In this document: positions 12,615 to 28,534 of the stretch, piece after piece | Position numbering within the stretch: the stretch's first letter is position 1 | Layout of the letters: every line of letters begins with the position of its first letter | Assembly: GCF_009834535.1 (NCBI RefSeq) | Contig: NC_045707.1 | Coordinates: 63,800,001-63,864,000, forward strand | Length of the DNA: 64,000 bases | From: Camelus ferus | Lineage: Eukaryota | Reading direction: 5' to 3' | The notes under the pieces: model-generated | What the model saw: only the letters and a program-made list of their open reading frames with translations | Database searches by the model: none | What the model was told of the DNA's origin: nothing | Made by a program: the position numbers and the translations under genes

Positions 12615-12983
12615 GAGAAAGAAAATACCATATGATATCACTTATAGTGGGATCTAAGAAAGAGACACAAACATATTTACAAAACAGAAACAGACTCACA
12701 GACATAGAAAACAAACTCATAGTTACCAGGGGAAAGGGGATGGGAAGGGATAAATTGGGAGTTTGAGATTTGCAGATACTAACTACTATATATAAAAATA
12801 GATAAACAAGTTTATACTGTATAGCACAGGAAAATATATTCAGTATCTTATAGTAACTTATAATGAAAAAGAATATGAAAATGAATATATATATGTATAT
12901 GTACGACTGAAACGTTACACTGTACACCCGGAAATTGACACAACATTGTAAACTGAATATACTTCAAGCGAAAAAAAAAAAAA
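12615..12983 (+). mobile_element. Lineage-specific L1 3' end with A tail
   Basis: CAAAACAGAAACAGACTCACAGACATAGAAAACAAACT...; TSD AGAAGATATTGGAAA / AGAGGCTATTGGAAA at 12600-12614 and 12984-12998. Confidence 0.88.
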
Positions 12984-13329
12984 AGAGGCTATTGGAAACA
13001 GAACTGAGTTTCAGTTTCCAAGTGAAAGCAGAAGTGAATAAACAAAGACTTAGTTTAACCATTTTGAAATTTCGTTAATCCTTAGTTCAGACTTGACTGT
13101 TATTTGGAACATGCCAAGTCCTCAGAAAAGTGTGCCATCAACCAACAATAGAACTACCACTCATTAAATTCCTATATCATGCCAAGTGATTTGGATACAT
13201 GAACACCAAATCTCTCTGCAACCCTGCTAAGTAACTATTACTATTCATAGATGAGAAAATTAGGATAATCATCACACGGTTCGAAAATGGTTAACAAATA
13301 TTAAATCCACATTGATGTATTCCCAGTTT

Positions 13330-14270
13330 CTCACCCGACAAAAAGAAAAAAGCTGAACAAACAAAATCAATAACTCTTTTAGGATTTTTCAGAGAACCAA
13401 GGTCACAGGGCAAACTGCTTCCTTGAAAACAGGAGAGACAGACAGGTAGATACAGCTAAAAGGGAGTGGAAGCCCAGAAGCAAAAGCCAGCAGCGGATCC
13501 AGTATCAGTAGCAAACTTTAACCTGTAATTAAAAAACTGCTGGAAGCTCAGTGTAGATGCCTTGAGAGTTAAAAACTCTTAGGGGGCCCAGGATTAGGGA
13601 GACCCCATACTTGCCTGAATTTTACCTCCAAGAGCCATACCAAATCCTCACAGTCAAGATCAGAGAAAAATTCCTCCAAGGGGAGGGGAAAAGTAACCAT
13701 TTAAAATATGTCCAGAGCTTTCAGTTCTCCTTACTAAGGTTGTTCCTTAAGGGAAACTATTTTACCCGAGACTGACTGGGATTTTACCAAAGTCTAACAC
13801 ACCTGGGGTGGAGAAACACCCAACTCCAGCCTTCTCTAGTCTTTGACATGTGGGAAAAGACTTTTCATTACCAATCTCATAGACACCAAAAGGATACAGA
13901 GGAATATTATAAACAAGTCTGTTTCCACAAATTTGATAACTGAGGTGAAATAGACCAATTCCTTGTAAGACACAACCTACTAAAACTAACACAAGGAGAA
14001 ATAACCTGAATAAGCCTATCTGTTTAGGAAATTGAATCAATAATTAATAACCTTCCAAAATAGAAAGCACCAGGCCCAGATAGTTTCACCGGTGAACTTT
14101 ATTTACTACGCATTTAAGGAACAAAAGATACCAGTTCTCTATAATCTATCGCAAAAAACAGAAGCAGAGGGAGCACTTCCTAGCTCACTTGATGAGGGCA
14201 GAATTACCCTAATGACAAACCAGACGAAGACTGTACAAGAAAGGAAAACTGCAGGCCAACATCCTTCATA
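13330..14270 (+). mobile_element. Old L1 5'/ORF2 fragments
   Basis: AAAGCACCAGGCCCAGATAGTTTCACCGGTGAACTTT (decayed PGPDGFTGEF motif of L1 ORF2). Confidence 0.8.
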
Positions 14271-14271
14271 A

Positions 14272-14650
14272 GAATAGTTTCTGTGGATCAGGAATTCAGG
14301 AGCATCTTAGCTGGGTGGAGTCTCTCATGAAGTTGCAGTAAGACTCTGGCAGGCTGAAGGCCTGACGAGTACTGAAGGCTTTACTTCGCATGATGCTGGT
14401 TGTTGACAAGAAGCCTCAGTCTCTTTCCGTGTGGGTCTCTCCACTGGTTGCTTAAGTGTTTTCATGACATGGAGGCTGACTTTCCTCAGAATGAGTGATC
14501 CAAAAGAAAGCAAGGTAGAAGTCTTTTACGAACTAGCCTCAGAAGTCACATGCTGTCATTTCTTCAGTATCCTACTGGTGGCCCAGGCCAGCTCTATTCA
14601 ATATGGAAGGGAACTAAACCAGGGACCATCTTGGAGGTTGTTTACAACAT
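14272..14650 (-). mobile_element. MaLR LTR fragment (MLT1-type)
   Basis: TTCTGTGGATCAGGAATTCAGGAGCA...TAGCCTCAGAAGTCACATG. Confidence 0.7.
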
Positions 14651-16179
14651 CATACAATGGAATACTTTTTAGCAATGAGAAGAAATTATGTATACATGCA
14701 ACCCTACAGATAAACCTCAGATATCATAATGGGGGAAAAAAAAAGCAGCCAGACAGAAAAGAGTGCTTGCTGTATCCCATTTCTATGGTGTTCTGGGATG
14801 GGTAAAACTAATCTAAGGTTTATTACCTCTGGGAAGGGGAAGGATCGACAGGAAATGACACAGAGGAATTTCTGCAGTGACAGAAATATCCGGAAAGGAT
14901 GTGTTTCATATGGGGGTGTCATTTGTCAAAGTTGTCCAGTTAAAAATATTTGTGTTCCAATGTAGAAACACTTCAAAAAATAGAACCACAAGGAAAAAAC
15001 CAGTTGAGGACCGGGAGTGAGTAGCCGTATAGATGAAACAAGAATGGCAGAATGGTGGTAATTGTTGAAGCTGGGTGATGCATACATGAGGGCTCATTGC
15101 ATTATTCTGTTTATTTTGTATGTGTTTGAAAATTCCAACCTTGGAAGTTAAAAAACTAAAGCCAAACTGTTTTGTGTAATAAGCTTCCAAATCCTTTGTG
15201 TAGAAGTTTGTCTTCTTTTGTTTTTTTTTTTTTTAATCTAATTCTAACAGTATTTGTATCTTGTGAAGGCTCAGTTACAAATTACACACTAACAAGGACA
15301 GGTCATCTCAGCAACCTTGATTGCAGCCGGGGACACAAACATCTGGTGGTGGGAGGTGGGTAGTAAGAAAATCTGCCAGGAGCACATTTTAACCTGTCAT
15401 TATGTAAACATTGGTGAGACCCATCCAGCTCTGGGGGAAAGTGGGACAGTAACCGTGATACAAAGATCACTCAAAGACCATGTTTCCCTTCAAGTCAGTT
15501 GATTTCCCCCTTCTTCCACCAGACAGAAGCCAAAGCAGGGACCACAGTGATCTGGGTATTTAGACAGTGCCTCCCATTTCTTGTAATAGCTCTTGTTTGT
15601 TCCCCCAAAGGCTCTAAAGGTGTTTGAGGGTGGGATTAGGGAAAGTACAAGAGTAAGGGGACTTGGAAAGGGGACACAGAGGTTATTTTACCACATTCCT
15701 ATCACTCAAGGACCTAATTTATCATGTGGAAGTACATACGCCTTCTCACAGAAGCAAGAACCCTCTAAGTAAGGATGTGTGGGATAGCATGGAGGCAGCA
15801 GAAAGCACAGGATACGTTCTGGGGCTACTGACAATCCAGATGGCCTGGATGCAGGAAGCATGAGTAGGGTCATCAATGCTGATAAGTCTAAAGAGTACAG
15901 GGAGCCTTGTGCTTACTATTAGGCACCCATTATCTCAGGAGAAAAGTCGTCCCAAAGGTTTAAGAATGAGGTTTTGGTTAATACAGTTTGATGTCCAAAA
16001 AATATATTATATATATATCTATCTTTCTTACCTCTTGCAAAATGAACTACATAAGCACAGTTCATTCATATAATGTTGGGAGTTATCTTTGTCATAGAAT
16101 AATAACAATAATAACAAATATAAAAGAGTAGAAGCCACTTGTACTTGCAATGGCACTTTAGATGTCTCAAACAGTCATG

Positions 16180-16420
16180 ATAACATTCACTGATTGTATA
16201 ATATATGCTAGAGATTGTGCGAGGTATGTTACAAGACTGAACTCAGTTGATCCTGACAGCAACTTTATGAGCTAGGTGCTATTAATAGCCCCGTTTTGTG
16301 GATGAGGAATCTGAGACACAGAGAGAGAGGTTAGGTAAACAGGGCCTGAGCGGCTAGAGTGGCAGAGCTCGGACTGAACCCAGGCAGTCTAGCTCCAGTG
16401 CTGCATTACGCACGCTGCCT
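16180..16420 (-). mobile_element. MIR
   Basis: GATGAGGAATCTGAGACACAGAGAG...GAACCCAGGCAGTCT. Confidence 0.8.
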
Positions 16421-16434
16421 TTCAAAGCTGACTT

Positions 16435-16912
16435 GGCCTCTTCGTTTTCTGTGGCTGCTGGAAAAATATCACAAACTGAGTGGCTTAAAACAACACAGAT
16501 TTATTGCTTTATAGTTCTGTAGGTCAGAAGTCCTAAAAACAAGGTGTCAGCAGGGCTGCATTCCTTTCTGGAGGCTCAGGGAAGAACACGTTTCTTTGCC
16601 TTTTCCAGCTTCCAGGGGCTGCCCACTTTCCTTGGCTCATGTTCCTCTTCATCTTCAAAACGAGCATCTCTCTGACTCTCCTTCTGTAGTCACATCTCTT
16701 TCTTTGATCACAGCCAGGAAAGGTTTTCCCCTTTTAAGAATGCATGTGATGAGACTGGATCACCTGGACAATCCAGGCTACTCTCTCCACCTCAGAGTTC
16801 TTAACCTTAGTCTCATCTGCAAGTGCCCTTTGCCACTTTTGGTAAATAGTCACAGGTTTCAAAGACAGGGACAATGGATATCTTCTGGGTACCCTTATTC
16901 TGCCTACAACAC
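16435..16912 (-). mobile_element. MaLR LTR (MLT1C/D-like)
   Basis: CACAAACTGAGTGGCTTAAAACAACACAGATTTATT...TATTCTGCCTACAACA. Confidence 0.8.
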
Positions 16913-17967
16913 ATGGTTTCTCCAAAGGCTTTTCACATATATTGACTCATTGGATATCAACAATATAGTGAAATGGAAGTATGAGCCCCAATTTCCATAC
17001 AGAAAGACTATGTTTTGTCCCAAGGTCATATAGTTGGTATTAAGGCCCTTTACAAATGGATCTCAATCTACCTCTCCAGCTTCATTTCATACAACTTCCC
17101 TCTACCTAATCTCTAGTCACAGTGAAATTTTTTTCCCCTCAAGAATGTCACACCTTTCACAACTCAGTATTTCCACCTGTTATCATACCCTCTGGGAGGG
17201 AGTCCCCATCATCTTGACTTGGCAAACTTTTACTTATCTTTTAAGGTCCCACTTGATGTTCTCTGCCAGGTGTTCCCAGACCCCCAAGCAGGGAGTAGCA
17301 GAGTTCTCACTGCCTCTGTCATACCCTTGCTATAGTCAGACATCATAACACATGCGAACACAGGGTATTAGGATGTGAATGACTCTGACTGCCCGGTTTT
17401 GATGGAGATGCTAACGTGACTGACAACAGGAGACTGAAGTGAGGATCACACACACACCCTTCCATAGAGAACTTGACGACGTGCTGCATAACTCCTGGAC
17501 TCCTCGGCCAGACCAGTCATTCGATGGGGCCAGAGAGAAGAAAGTTTCCATGGGGACAGTAGTGAACAGTTTCTTCAGAGGGAGTGGGAGCCAGGCTGTG
17601 AGTTCCCAACCTGGGGAGGAAACTTCAAGTGTACCTTTGGAGAGTGTTTCCTTTGGTTGACAGAGAGATGGCTAGTGCCTGACTCGTGCCTGAGCAAGTT
17701 AAAGACAACTTTCACCCTGGGGGTTGACTCCTGCCTGGGATTCCAGAAGGTGAGAAAATGCCTGACTCCCTGTATGATGGTGAAGCCACTGCACTGAGAG
17801 TGGCTAGCACTTCCAGGGGTTGTCAAAGCAAGGAATTTTTCCCGTGGAGCATATGCAGATCACCTGGTGAAACCCTCTCATGGCTGTCTTGAATCCTGTC
17901 TGAAAGGGCTACCTAAGAGGTGAGAAGACCTGAGCAGAAAAAGGCTAGATGCCCAGGAGCTGAGAAG

Positions 17968-18502
17968 TGGTAGGCTGTTAGAATAATGGTCCCCCGTGCC
18001 CCACACCTCTGTCACCTTTCTCCTTTACAACGTAACTCTACTACTCCTGCCATGAAGAGGTGAAGGACATTTCCCCACCCCCTGAATCTAAGTAGCCTTT
18101 TAAATTTCTGGACCAATGATACGGTGGCGGAAATGACATCATGAGACTTCCAAGACTAGGCTTTAAGAGAACCTGTAGCTCCTACTTTTGCTTTCTTGGA
18201 AATCTTGTGTTATCAGGTCATAAGGTAAACAAGTCTGGAGGAAGACAGACAGGTCATGTCGAGAAACGCAGCCAACAGTCAGCATCAAGGTGCCAGTCAC
18301 ACAAAGGAGGCCATCACAACTAGCCGCCAGCCGACCCGTCAACCAACTGCAAACGTGCGTGAGGGAGCCCGGCTGACACCACCTAAAATAGAATCACCCA
18401 GCTGAGCCCAACTTGGCCAGCCACAAATTGTGAGCAGATAAACGGTTTCTGCTTTAAGCCACTAAGTTTTGGGGTGGTTTGCATTAATAGATAACTGATG
18501 TA
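17968..18502 (+). mobile_element. MaLR LTR (MLT1F/G-like)
   Basis: TTTAAGCCACTAAGTTTTGGGGTGGTTTG...ATAGATAACTGA end motif. Confidence 0.7.
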
Positions 18503-18729
18503 CTTGATCTAGAGATGCATCTCCTGGTGTAAGAAGAACTGTAAAAGAGGGGCTCAGCAGGAAACCTTCCAATAGCCCGCAAGAGCACCCCGCAAGCTAA
18601 TACCAAGTTTAACCTTCTATAACAGACTCATCCCGTAACATCTTTGCCGTCTCCCAAGCCCAGACAACCAAAACGATCATCACACACTTCTCTTCTCCCT
18701 GCCTCTATCTCCCCCCATTTCTAAGCCAG

Positions 18730-19075
18730 TGTCTTAGTCTGTTCTGTTATCTCAAAAATACCATAGACCGGGCAACTTATAAATGACAGGAACTTATTTC
18801 TTACCATTCTGGAGGCTCGAAGTCCAAGATCAGGGTGCCACCAAGGCCACATTCTGTGAGGGCACTCTTCTGGGCTGCAGATGGCCATTTCCTTCTGTAT
18901 CCTCATGTGGTGGAGAGGACAAGAGAGCTCTCTGGGGTTTCTTTCATAAGGGCACTAATCTCACTCACGAGGGCTCCACCTCATGACCTAATCAGCTCCC
19001 AAAAGCTCCATCACACGGCGGGTTAGCATTTCAACATACGAATTTTGGGGGCATACAAACATTCACTCAGTAACA
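18730..19075 (-). mobile_element. MaLR solo LTR (MLT1A-like)
   Basis: TG...CA termini; 5-bp TSD GCCAG/ACCAG. Confidence 0.85.
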
Positions 19076-20579
19076 ACCAGCAGCAGCAAAACTTTAGTTT
19101 ATCAATAGAGTCTCAGTTCAGCATTTAGAACAGACAAACCTGGGTTAAAAAACAAAAGCAAAAAACAAACAAAAAAAAGTCAAGTCTGACTTAGTCTCCC
19201 CACCCTCAGCGTGGACCTGCTCAGGCTGGAAGCCTGCTGTGGGAAAGGGGAACACGGTTCCCTGCTCTCTCACAAGTCACCTTTCCTTCCACCTGTTTCT
19301 AGGAGTAAGAAGAAATGTTCAGGGCTTGCTGGAGTTTTTATATAAGGTTATGGGAAATTTAAAGGGCCAAAAGTAGACAGAAATAAAGCCACTTTAAAAA
19401 AATCACGGTCCACATATCATATCTGTTCAACATGCTGGTTAAACATGTTGGTCTTTCCCAATCTTATCAGACCAGGAGGGCACAGTTCTTGTCCCATTCG
19501 TCTTTGATTCACCAGCCTCCGCACACAGTGCCTACAGCACAGAGACACCAAACGAACGCTGGGTGACCAGATGTTTGTTGTGTTACAGCCCACTTTACTT
19601 TTTAAAGTTGTTGCTAATAAGGTTGTTTATGAAGAGAAGGAATATCATGTAAAATAATAATGGGGAAGGGTAGTGGGGAAGCGGGGTTATTCCCAGAGTT
19701 TATTTTGTTTACTTTAAGCATCTTTTGATTTGTAGAAGAAATGTGTTTGATTGTAGCCTTTTTAGAAAAGTATTGAACATTTTTGTGTAGGTGCTTTTAA
19801 TAGCTTTATTGAGATATAATTTATGTACCATAAACTTAAAGTTATTTCAACAAAAGTAAAAATCATCTGTAATCTTAACAGATATAACACATTAATATTT
19901 TGGTATACATCTTTCTAATTTCTTTCCTAAACAGATTTTTCTTAAATGTTAAGTTGAAGAAGCAAAATGATAGTACCAAATTATAACAAAAGTTCACTAA
20001 TTAAGAATGTATGCTAAAATACACTCAGAACAAATATCACGTAGAAAATATCTCAAATTTCTAACAGTAGTTATTTTGGGGAAGGTGGGAGAAAGCTAGG
20101 TTTGTTCCAGGGGTAATGGAGGCAAAAAAATATTTTATGTTCTAATTTTTTAAAAAGAAGGATAGATTCAGTGTATTACTTAAGTAATTAAACATTAATA
20201 AAAAAGAAAAAAAATCCACCCATTAAAAAAAGAGCTGCCCCATGTGTAAAATAAGTTTTGAAGGGAGTGGTTATGAGACACGAGAGAGAATTAACATGTC
20301 TCATCTCGGCAGGGAAATAATTTCAGAAGCCTTGCCCTGCCAGCCTGGCCTCACTCTTACTCCTTTTACAATCATTTCCTGACTCATTAGTTCCAAAATG
20401 AGTGGAACTCATTAATACTGCATCACATGATTGAGAAATGTTGGAGTCATGACAGTCCTCTGAAATTCAGGTAGCCAAACCGGTTTTTGAATTTTTTATT
20501 TTCTTCCAGAAATATGTTTTTGATGATCAACTTTCAGTTAGTTAAGTCAAACTTAATTAACAAAACTATACTGAACACT

Positions 20580-20781
20580 TTATATATATATATATACACA
20601 CATATATATACACACATATATATATGTATATGTTTTTTAAACTTTTTTTATTTTTAGAATTTTTTGGGGGGAGGTAATTAGGTTTGTTTATACATTTATT
20701 TTTATCGGAGACACTGGGGATTGAACCCAGGACCTCATGCATGCTAAGCACACACTCTACCACTTGAGCTATACCCTCCCC
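20580..20781 (-). mobile_element. tRNA-derived SINE (Vic-1-like) with a (TA)n/(CA)n-expanded tail
   Basis: GGGGAGGGTATAGCTCAAGTGGTAGAGTGTGTGCTTAGCATGCATGAGGTCCTGGGTTCAATCCCC on the minus strand. Confidence 0.9.
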
Positions 20782-22237
20782 AACACACCGGAACACCTAC
20801 ATATTTTAAAAATGTTCAGGACCATTTGGAGTTACAGCAACAGTACTCCATCTGGAGATTAAATAATTAAGCTGCATCCTTGTGCTTTCATGCTTCAAGC
20901 AGGTACATGTCACCTGGGATTGGACGGCTAAGTACAGTGTTCTCTCGCTGTGACGGCACCAGGCACACCAGGTGATGGGGCTCCAGCACACCCACCGTGC
21001 CCACGGGCAGCAGCTGTTCACACTGCAGGCATGTGGCAAAGTCTACAATGTGCTGCCTCACATGATTTCCCCTGTACTAGGCCTGCACCTAATTGGGATA
21101 AAGCTGCCATTTCTGAAGCCGGCATCCTACATATAAAGCAGCTGGAAATAAGAAAGAGATGTATGCCCGTGGGCTGAGGCAGAGACAACTCAAGCCAAGA
21201 ATGGAGTGACCTGTTGTATCAGTTCACTGTTCTGGGGGCTCCATCTGATAAGTCTTCAAATACCCCCCCTTGACAGCTTCAGGCCTCCTTCGGGAGCTCC
21301 CTAAGCCACATGCGCCTTGCTCTCTTCTACCGTGTAACACGTGGTAAGAAATAGTCTGTATGCCTTTAGGCTGCCTAGGCAGGCAGCAGTATGTCATTTT
21401 ATTATGTGGTCACATGGAGCTCTTTTCCACCAAAAGTGTTTTTTACATAAACTGCTCACTCAGTAAAGAGGAAGAATAGGCTGAATAAGTTAAACATCCA
21501 AATTATAGAGGATGTGACAGTAAAATATATGTAAGATAAAAAAAAAAAGAGGGTTTTTTTAGCACACCCCAAAAAAGCTCTGAAAACAGAAAGTTTCTCC
21601 CTAAATTTGGTGACAAAACGTGATCTGAGACTCTTCACAGTCTTTAGTTATCACACTTACTGGTGCTATCCGTATATTCACCACAGAAATATTAGTGTGT
21701 TTGATAATGGGTGCCACCTTAGACTGTTCTGGGAATTCTAAGAAAAATATTTCACAGGTACCCTATCAGTTTCCTGAAATCTGCAAAATTTTGATTCCGA
21801 AACACAACCTAGTTCTAGGTTTTCAAATAAAGGACTGTAAAGCAGTTACGTCCCCAAACTGTTAATGGTGTGATGAGTCTACCAAATCCCCAAATGGTTC
21901 CAATAAGCATTTGTGTCCCATAGTATATCATGAGGCTGAACTGCCAGGAAAGGAGAGGAAAGGCACGTTAGAACAGCCGTAGAGTAAAGAGGCTGCGCAC
22001 AAAACTGACGCAGGAATGATGTGGTAAGTGATACAGCTAAGACACTGAACTGCCAGAAGCTATCCTTGCATAAAGACAGCATACAGCGCCACTGCACAAA
22101 AATAGAAGTCTCACTCTTCTGAGACTTCCTTCAGGTACAGGATACTCTTTTTTCCCTTTGTCTTTTTTTATTGAACTATAATTGACCTACAACATTACCT
22201 TCATAATGATCTGACATCTGTGCAAGAAGATTCCGAG

Positions 22238-22545
22238 TTCGTAGTTCTCAACCTGTTTAAACATTAGCCTCTCCCAGGGAGCTGTCTAAAACTAACCCAA
22301 GCATGGACCTCACTTTCAGACATTCTGATTTACTTGGTTTAGAGAGGGGCCTTGGCAACGGTGTTTTTAAACACTCCCTACATGATTCTAAGGGACAGTC
22401 AGAGCTTTAAAAAGTCCCAATATCCAGGCTGTACCTCAAACCAGGTAAATCAGAATCTTCGGGTGAATCCCAGACTCTAGCATTTTTTAAAAAAGATGCT
22501 CCGGGGATTCCAATGTACATGCAATGTTGAAAACCAATGGTTGAG
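22238..22545. mobile_element. hAT-Charlie MITE(s), MER5-like
   Basis: GTAGTTCTCAA...GATTCT...GTTGAAAACCA; similar copies near 10410-10590 and 63200-63380. Confidence 0.65.
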
Positions 22546-23796
22546 CTGCCTGGCTTAAGGCTTAAACCATGTCAATGTTTGGTTTTTTAAAAAAAATTCT
22601 TTCTGAACCAAGTCAGTTCTAGATAATCACTGTAGTAGGGTCACTAATAAAGAATTCTAAACTTTATCTACTCTGAGAGTGGTTTATTCATGGAATTTCT
22701 CAATTTTTCTATGAATGCAAAAGGGGCAGGAGAAGAAAGGTATGGAAATGACATGAGAAGTATTTCAAAATCCTTTCAGCACAATAACCCATACCATCTC
22801 AGACCCCACTAGCACATGGTGAATGATGGTGAAGAGCAAAACTGAAAAGTGGAATTTACTTTGGTTAAGGCTATAATGTTAAGGGAAGTGCAACTTAGAA
22901 GGTACGTAACAGGAATTCACAGCATCTTTCAGTGAATTCTAGGACAGCAAGTAAAATAATTACAACCATTTTCCAGTGACTCTTGCACTGTTTAAGATGC
23001 CACTGTAAACCAGATTCCTATAAAGTTTCAAAGAAAGCTAGAAAATACATTAAAAAATATTAAATTTGAGAGAATTTCTTACCAACTGAAATATATAGTA
23101 AGGTGCACATTTTTTAGACAGAAGATACGTGTCCTTTGCTTTTACTTAAAAATAATTTTTTTCATGCATTCTACTGTTCACATGAAAAAGACACTTACTT
23201 TTTTTTTTTCCCCATTATTAACCCTGAGGAAGGAAGAACAAATGTGGAGTAAATCTCACAGCTTAGCAGAAATCAAACTCCACACTTTCCACAAAAATAA
23301 ACGGAAAATAATGGGAGAATTCTATGACAGTACACTTATTCAGGCTTCCACACACATCTTTTTATAATACTTAAAACAGATACAACATTTGGATCAATGG
23401 CACAGTGGCATTTCTCCACCACAATCAAGAACCATTTAAAAACATTATTACTTTTAGTCCCCATACTGATTTAAACAAATAAAACAAAATGTATATCTAC
23501 TATGTAGGAACTTTAAGTTCAGTATATAGGGACATTATAGCTTCATTGCACAAGAAGGTCCACTCAGCAGAAGAAAAATATGGATAAATTCTATGACTCT
23601 TGTTTTTCAGCAGAAAGATGTCAGCTGTTAGAAGGAAGTTAATGAGAGAAAAAATGTGGAATTCCATCATAATGGAATAAGGAAGGAGCTGGCACTTCTG
23701 CTTTGTCATTACAATTATTGTTCTTGGGATGAAACCTGGAATTGCAAATTTTGCTGAACTGACCCCAGTTGTAACCTTTGTAAAATGAAATAAAGT

Positions 23797-24099
<303 letters not shown>

Positions 24100-25463
24100 T
24101 CATAAAATGATTTTAGCAGATAGCCTACACAGTGAGCGACATGGAACCCTTGATTACAAAAGGCCTCTTTGAATGAGTGAGTTTTAGTACATCTCAATAT
24201 TGTTCTCTCAGTAATGCTGGACTTCTTTCAGAAGGAGAAGGGAAAATGTGAAAAGCAGAGATGGCGTGAAACTGGCAGACCAGGCTTGCCCTCCCAGTGG
24301 TTCCCCTCTGAGACCACCCAGCGAGGCCCCAGAGAGGATCATGTCTGTAGCTTCTGCAGTGTATCCCGAGGACCCAGCGAGGTGTTCACAAAAGGAGGCA
24401 CACAAAGATTAATCTGCCCTCTCACCCTAGCCCACATTTTTTTCCAACCCACTCAATATGATCAGAAACTTCCCCAGTCAGAACACAGTTTAGAATAAAA
24501 CCTAGGCTCTTTAAAAAAACATGTAGTGGCTGTGCATGCGTGCGTGTGTGTGGGGTTACTGACCCTTTAGTACAAATTAAAATCAGACTGCTTCCTCTTC
24601 AGCATCTGGAAGAGACTAATGAAGCTGAGAGAACAAACGTTCTGACAGCGAGAAGGGGAGCAGAAGGACGAGTGGATTATCTTGGGGCATGAAGAGAACT
24701 GGGAGGACTGTATTCAGGGGACCTTCCCCCAGACTTCTAGCCTCTTCACTGTACGAATCGAAGGAGAAAGAAAGTTTGTTAGAGGGTGGAGCAAATACAC
24801 ACCTGACAAGAATATGTCAGTATACTGACATGACAGGAGAGCCTCAGAAGCAAAGCATAGAAAATTCTGGAGAAAACTGACCCTCCCATATATCTTGAGT
24901 AGGACTAAAAACTCAGTGGGGAGGACAGTAAATACAATGTCACAGTACAAAAATGCATCATATGTGTATAGTCATATTAGTAGAATAATTATTTCTCAAA
25001 AGGACTTGGAAAACAAATGGAAGAAGGGGCATTACGACGATCTGGTTCCAAATGCTCTGCTTTTCTGGGACTAGGTAAAGTCCCATAAGGAAGAGCACCT
25101 GTCTCCTGCACGATCATGTCCTTCCTACGTAGCTTATACTCATTGCTCTGCAGAACTAAGTCTCTTTCAATTCATTTAACACAAAAGAGTAAGAAATTCA
25201 AAATTTTAGAAGAGACTGCCCTCTCATTCTTGGTCTCTCAGCAACCTGTGTCTTTGGGATTGTTTTTATTACCACATCTTTTTTTTTCCTTTTCCATATT
25301 TCTTTCCTGTTTTTAAAAAGACATTTATTCAATGTCATGATCGGACTACTATGTTTAGTGATCAACAGCATGGGTTAAAAAAAAACACCTACATTGAAAA
25401 CCTTTGTTGGAATGCTTTACACTTTTCACAGAAAGGAAACTAAAATAACTTGTTATACAATTA

Positions 25464-25847
<384 letters not shown>

Positions 25848-25994
25848 TCATCTGGTTAATAATCAGCAAACACAGACAGTCAAAAAGAGCAAAAATTTTG
25901 GTACCTATCCATTCAAGACTAAAGAAAGGGTTCTCTTCGCTGCAATCCAAACACCATCCTACTTAGAAAAGTCTTTTTTTCCTTAGTAATGCCT

Positions 25995-26245
25995 GACATT
26001 CTAAGCAGTGAAGTGAAATAGTTCAGTACGGCCAGACTGCCTGGTTTCAATCTTAGTTCTGCCACTTCCAAGCTGCGTGACTGTGATGAAGTTACGTAAC
26101 TTCTCTATGTCTTAGCTTCCTTGTCTGTAAGATGTAAACAGTCAAAGAACCAACTGACATGATTATTAAGAGTGGTAAACAGTAACCCAGGCAGAGCAGT
26201 GAGAAGAGTGCTTTGCACACAGGAGGTACTCAAATGTTAGCTGTT
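25995..26245 (+). mobile_element. MIR in TMEM19 intron 4
   Basis: CCAGACTGCCTGGTTTCAATCTTAGTTCTGCCACTT...AAGTTACGTAACTTCTCT. Confidence 0.75.
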
Positions 26246-26577
26246 ACAACGATGATGGTGATGAAGAGGAAAAAAGAAGGAAAAGGAGAGGAGGGAGAAG
26301 GAAGAAAAGGAGAAGGAGGAAGAGGAGGACGAGGTTCAGGCAGAGGAAGGGAAAGGAGGCGACAATGATAAAAATGCAGTAGCAGTGGGTAATGGTAATG
26401 GGGAACTGAGATACACGCTGAAGCACTAGCCGCATAAGAGGCCCTCAAGAAACACGCTATTATTTTCTTCCTTTTCTTTTCCCACTGACAACCCCGTGGG
26501 TCAGTCTCTGCTTCTGTGTTTTTTAATCTAGGACTTGCTAACATTTCCTGCAAGCATTATTTATTATCACCAATTTA

Positions 26578-27042
<465 letters not shown>

Positions 27043-27312
27043 TTAAAGTTTAAGAAAAGAAAAATTACTAAATTAGTGGGATGATTCCTTCGTCCACATT
27101 CTATACTGTTTAAGAATAATTAATGATAGACTTTAGTACTTCTAAAATTCTGCTGTTACTTGTTATTGCAGTAAAATAATGATAAACTAAATCAGGCTAC
27201 TACTTAAGGCAATTCTCATATAAAATTTATGTTTTAACAGTCTCAACATATTCTAATTAAAAGATGATGATGTGTTAAGATGAAATAAAGGTTACTATTT
27301 ACAATAACATTA

Positions 27313-27657
<345 letters not shown>

Positions 27658-28534
27658 TTACATTTTGACCTCCTTTCAAACTACACTACATGAATGTAAG
27701 ATACTATTTTAGACATGCTTTTTATAATCCAACTGTAGAACATAAAGACTAGTAGTGATTTTATTATTAAATAATACATATTATATGTATTATATATATT
27801 TGAATAGACAGCTAGTCTGAAGACTTTCCAAATTAACAGCAGTTCCTTCAGAGACGGTAAGATTATTGAGTCTTTCAATTTTCTAGTTTTTACATTTTTC
27901 CCCCACAGCCTGGGTGTTTTTCTTTTTTTTTCCCCTTTACAAAGAAAATTCAATATAGACAAGTCTTTTTTGTTTTTCAAAGAACTTTCACACGCTCGCT
28001 TGTTGAGCCTCACCAACTATGTGAGAAGATACAGACAGTGTTTCTTAGCTAAGTTCTCCTATGCAGACCTGGGAAAATAGTCCTGGGTCTTACAGGGAGC
28101 TAAAAATGAAGTATGTTCTGTAAATGTGATTTTAGATTTTTAGACTTTTCTCTTTGTTTCATTTGTTCAGGCAAACAAAGGGGAAAGGGAACATCCTTCA
28201 TTTTCCCATGAGTGACCAATTTCAAGGAAGGCTTATAATACCTACAGTTCAATCAGGAAAACAAATAAGAAAGAAGCTTATACTTCATGACACAGAAAAG
28301 AAGGAAAAAAAAGGAAGGAAAGATGCATTCTTGATATCACAGCAATATGGTAAGAGGCCACTGAAAGCAACTGCTAAAAAGTCATATAGAACTTATAGAA
28401 CTTGCTGTGAGGTGTTCAAGCAAGTTATAAAGCTTCTCTCTAGGTTATTCTATAAGGAAAGTGCAAACTTATGTTGGAATTGGCTTTTTAAATCACCCAG
28501 ATTACACTTGAAGGCCTTGTGTTACAAAATTTGA

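Noticed and set aside
16596..17348. Adjacent 145-aa and 104-aa ORFs
   Set aside because: Largely MaLR LTR and other old repeat sequence; non-ATG starts.
20700..20781. tRNA-like sequence with A and B boxes
   Set aside because: Head of a multi-copy SINE with an A-rich tail, not a tRNA gene.
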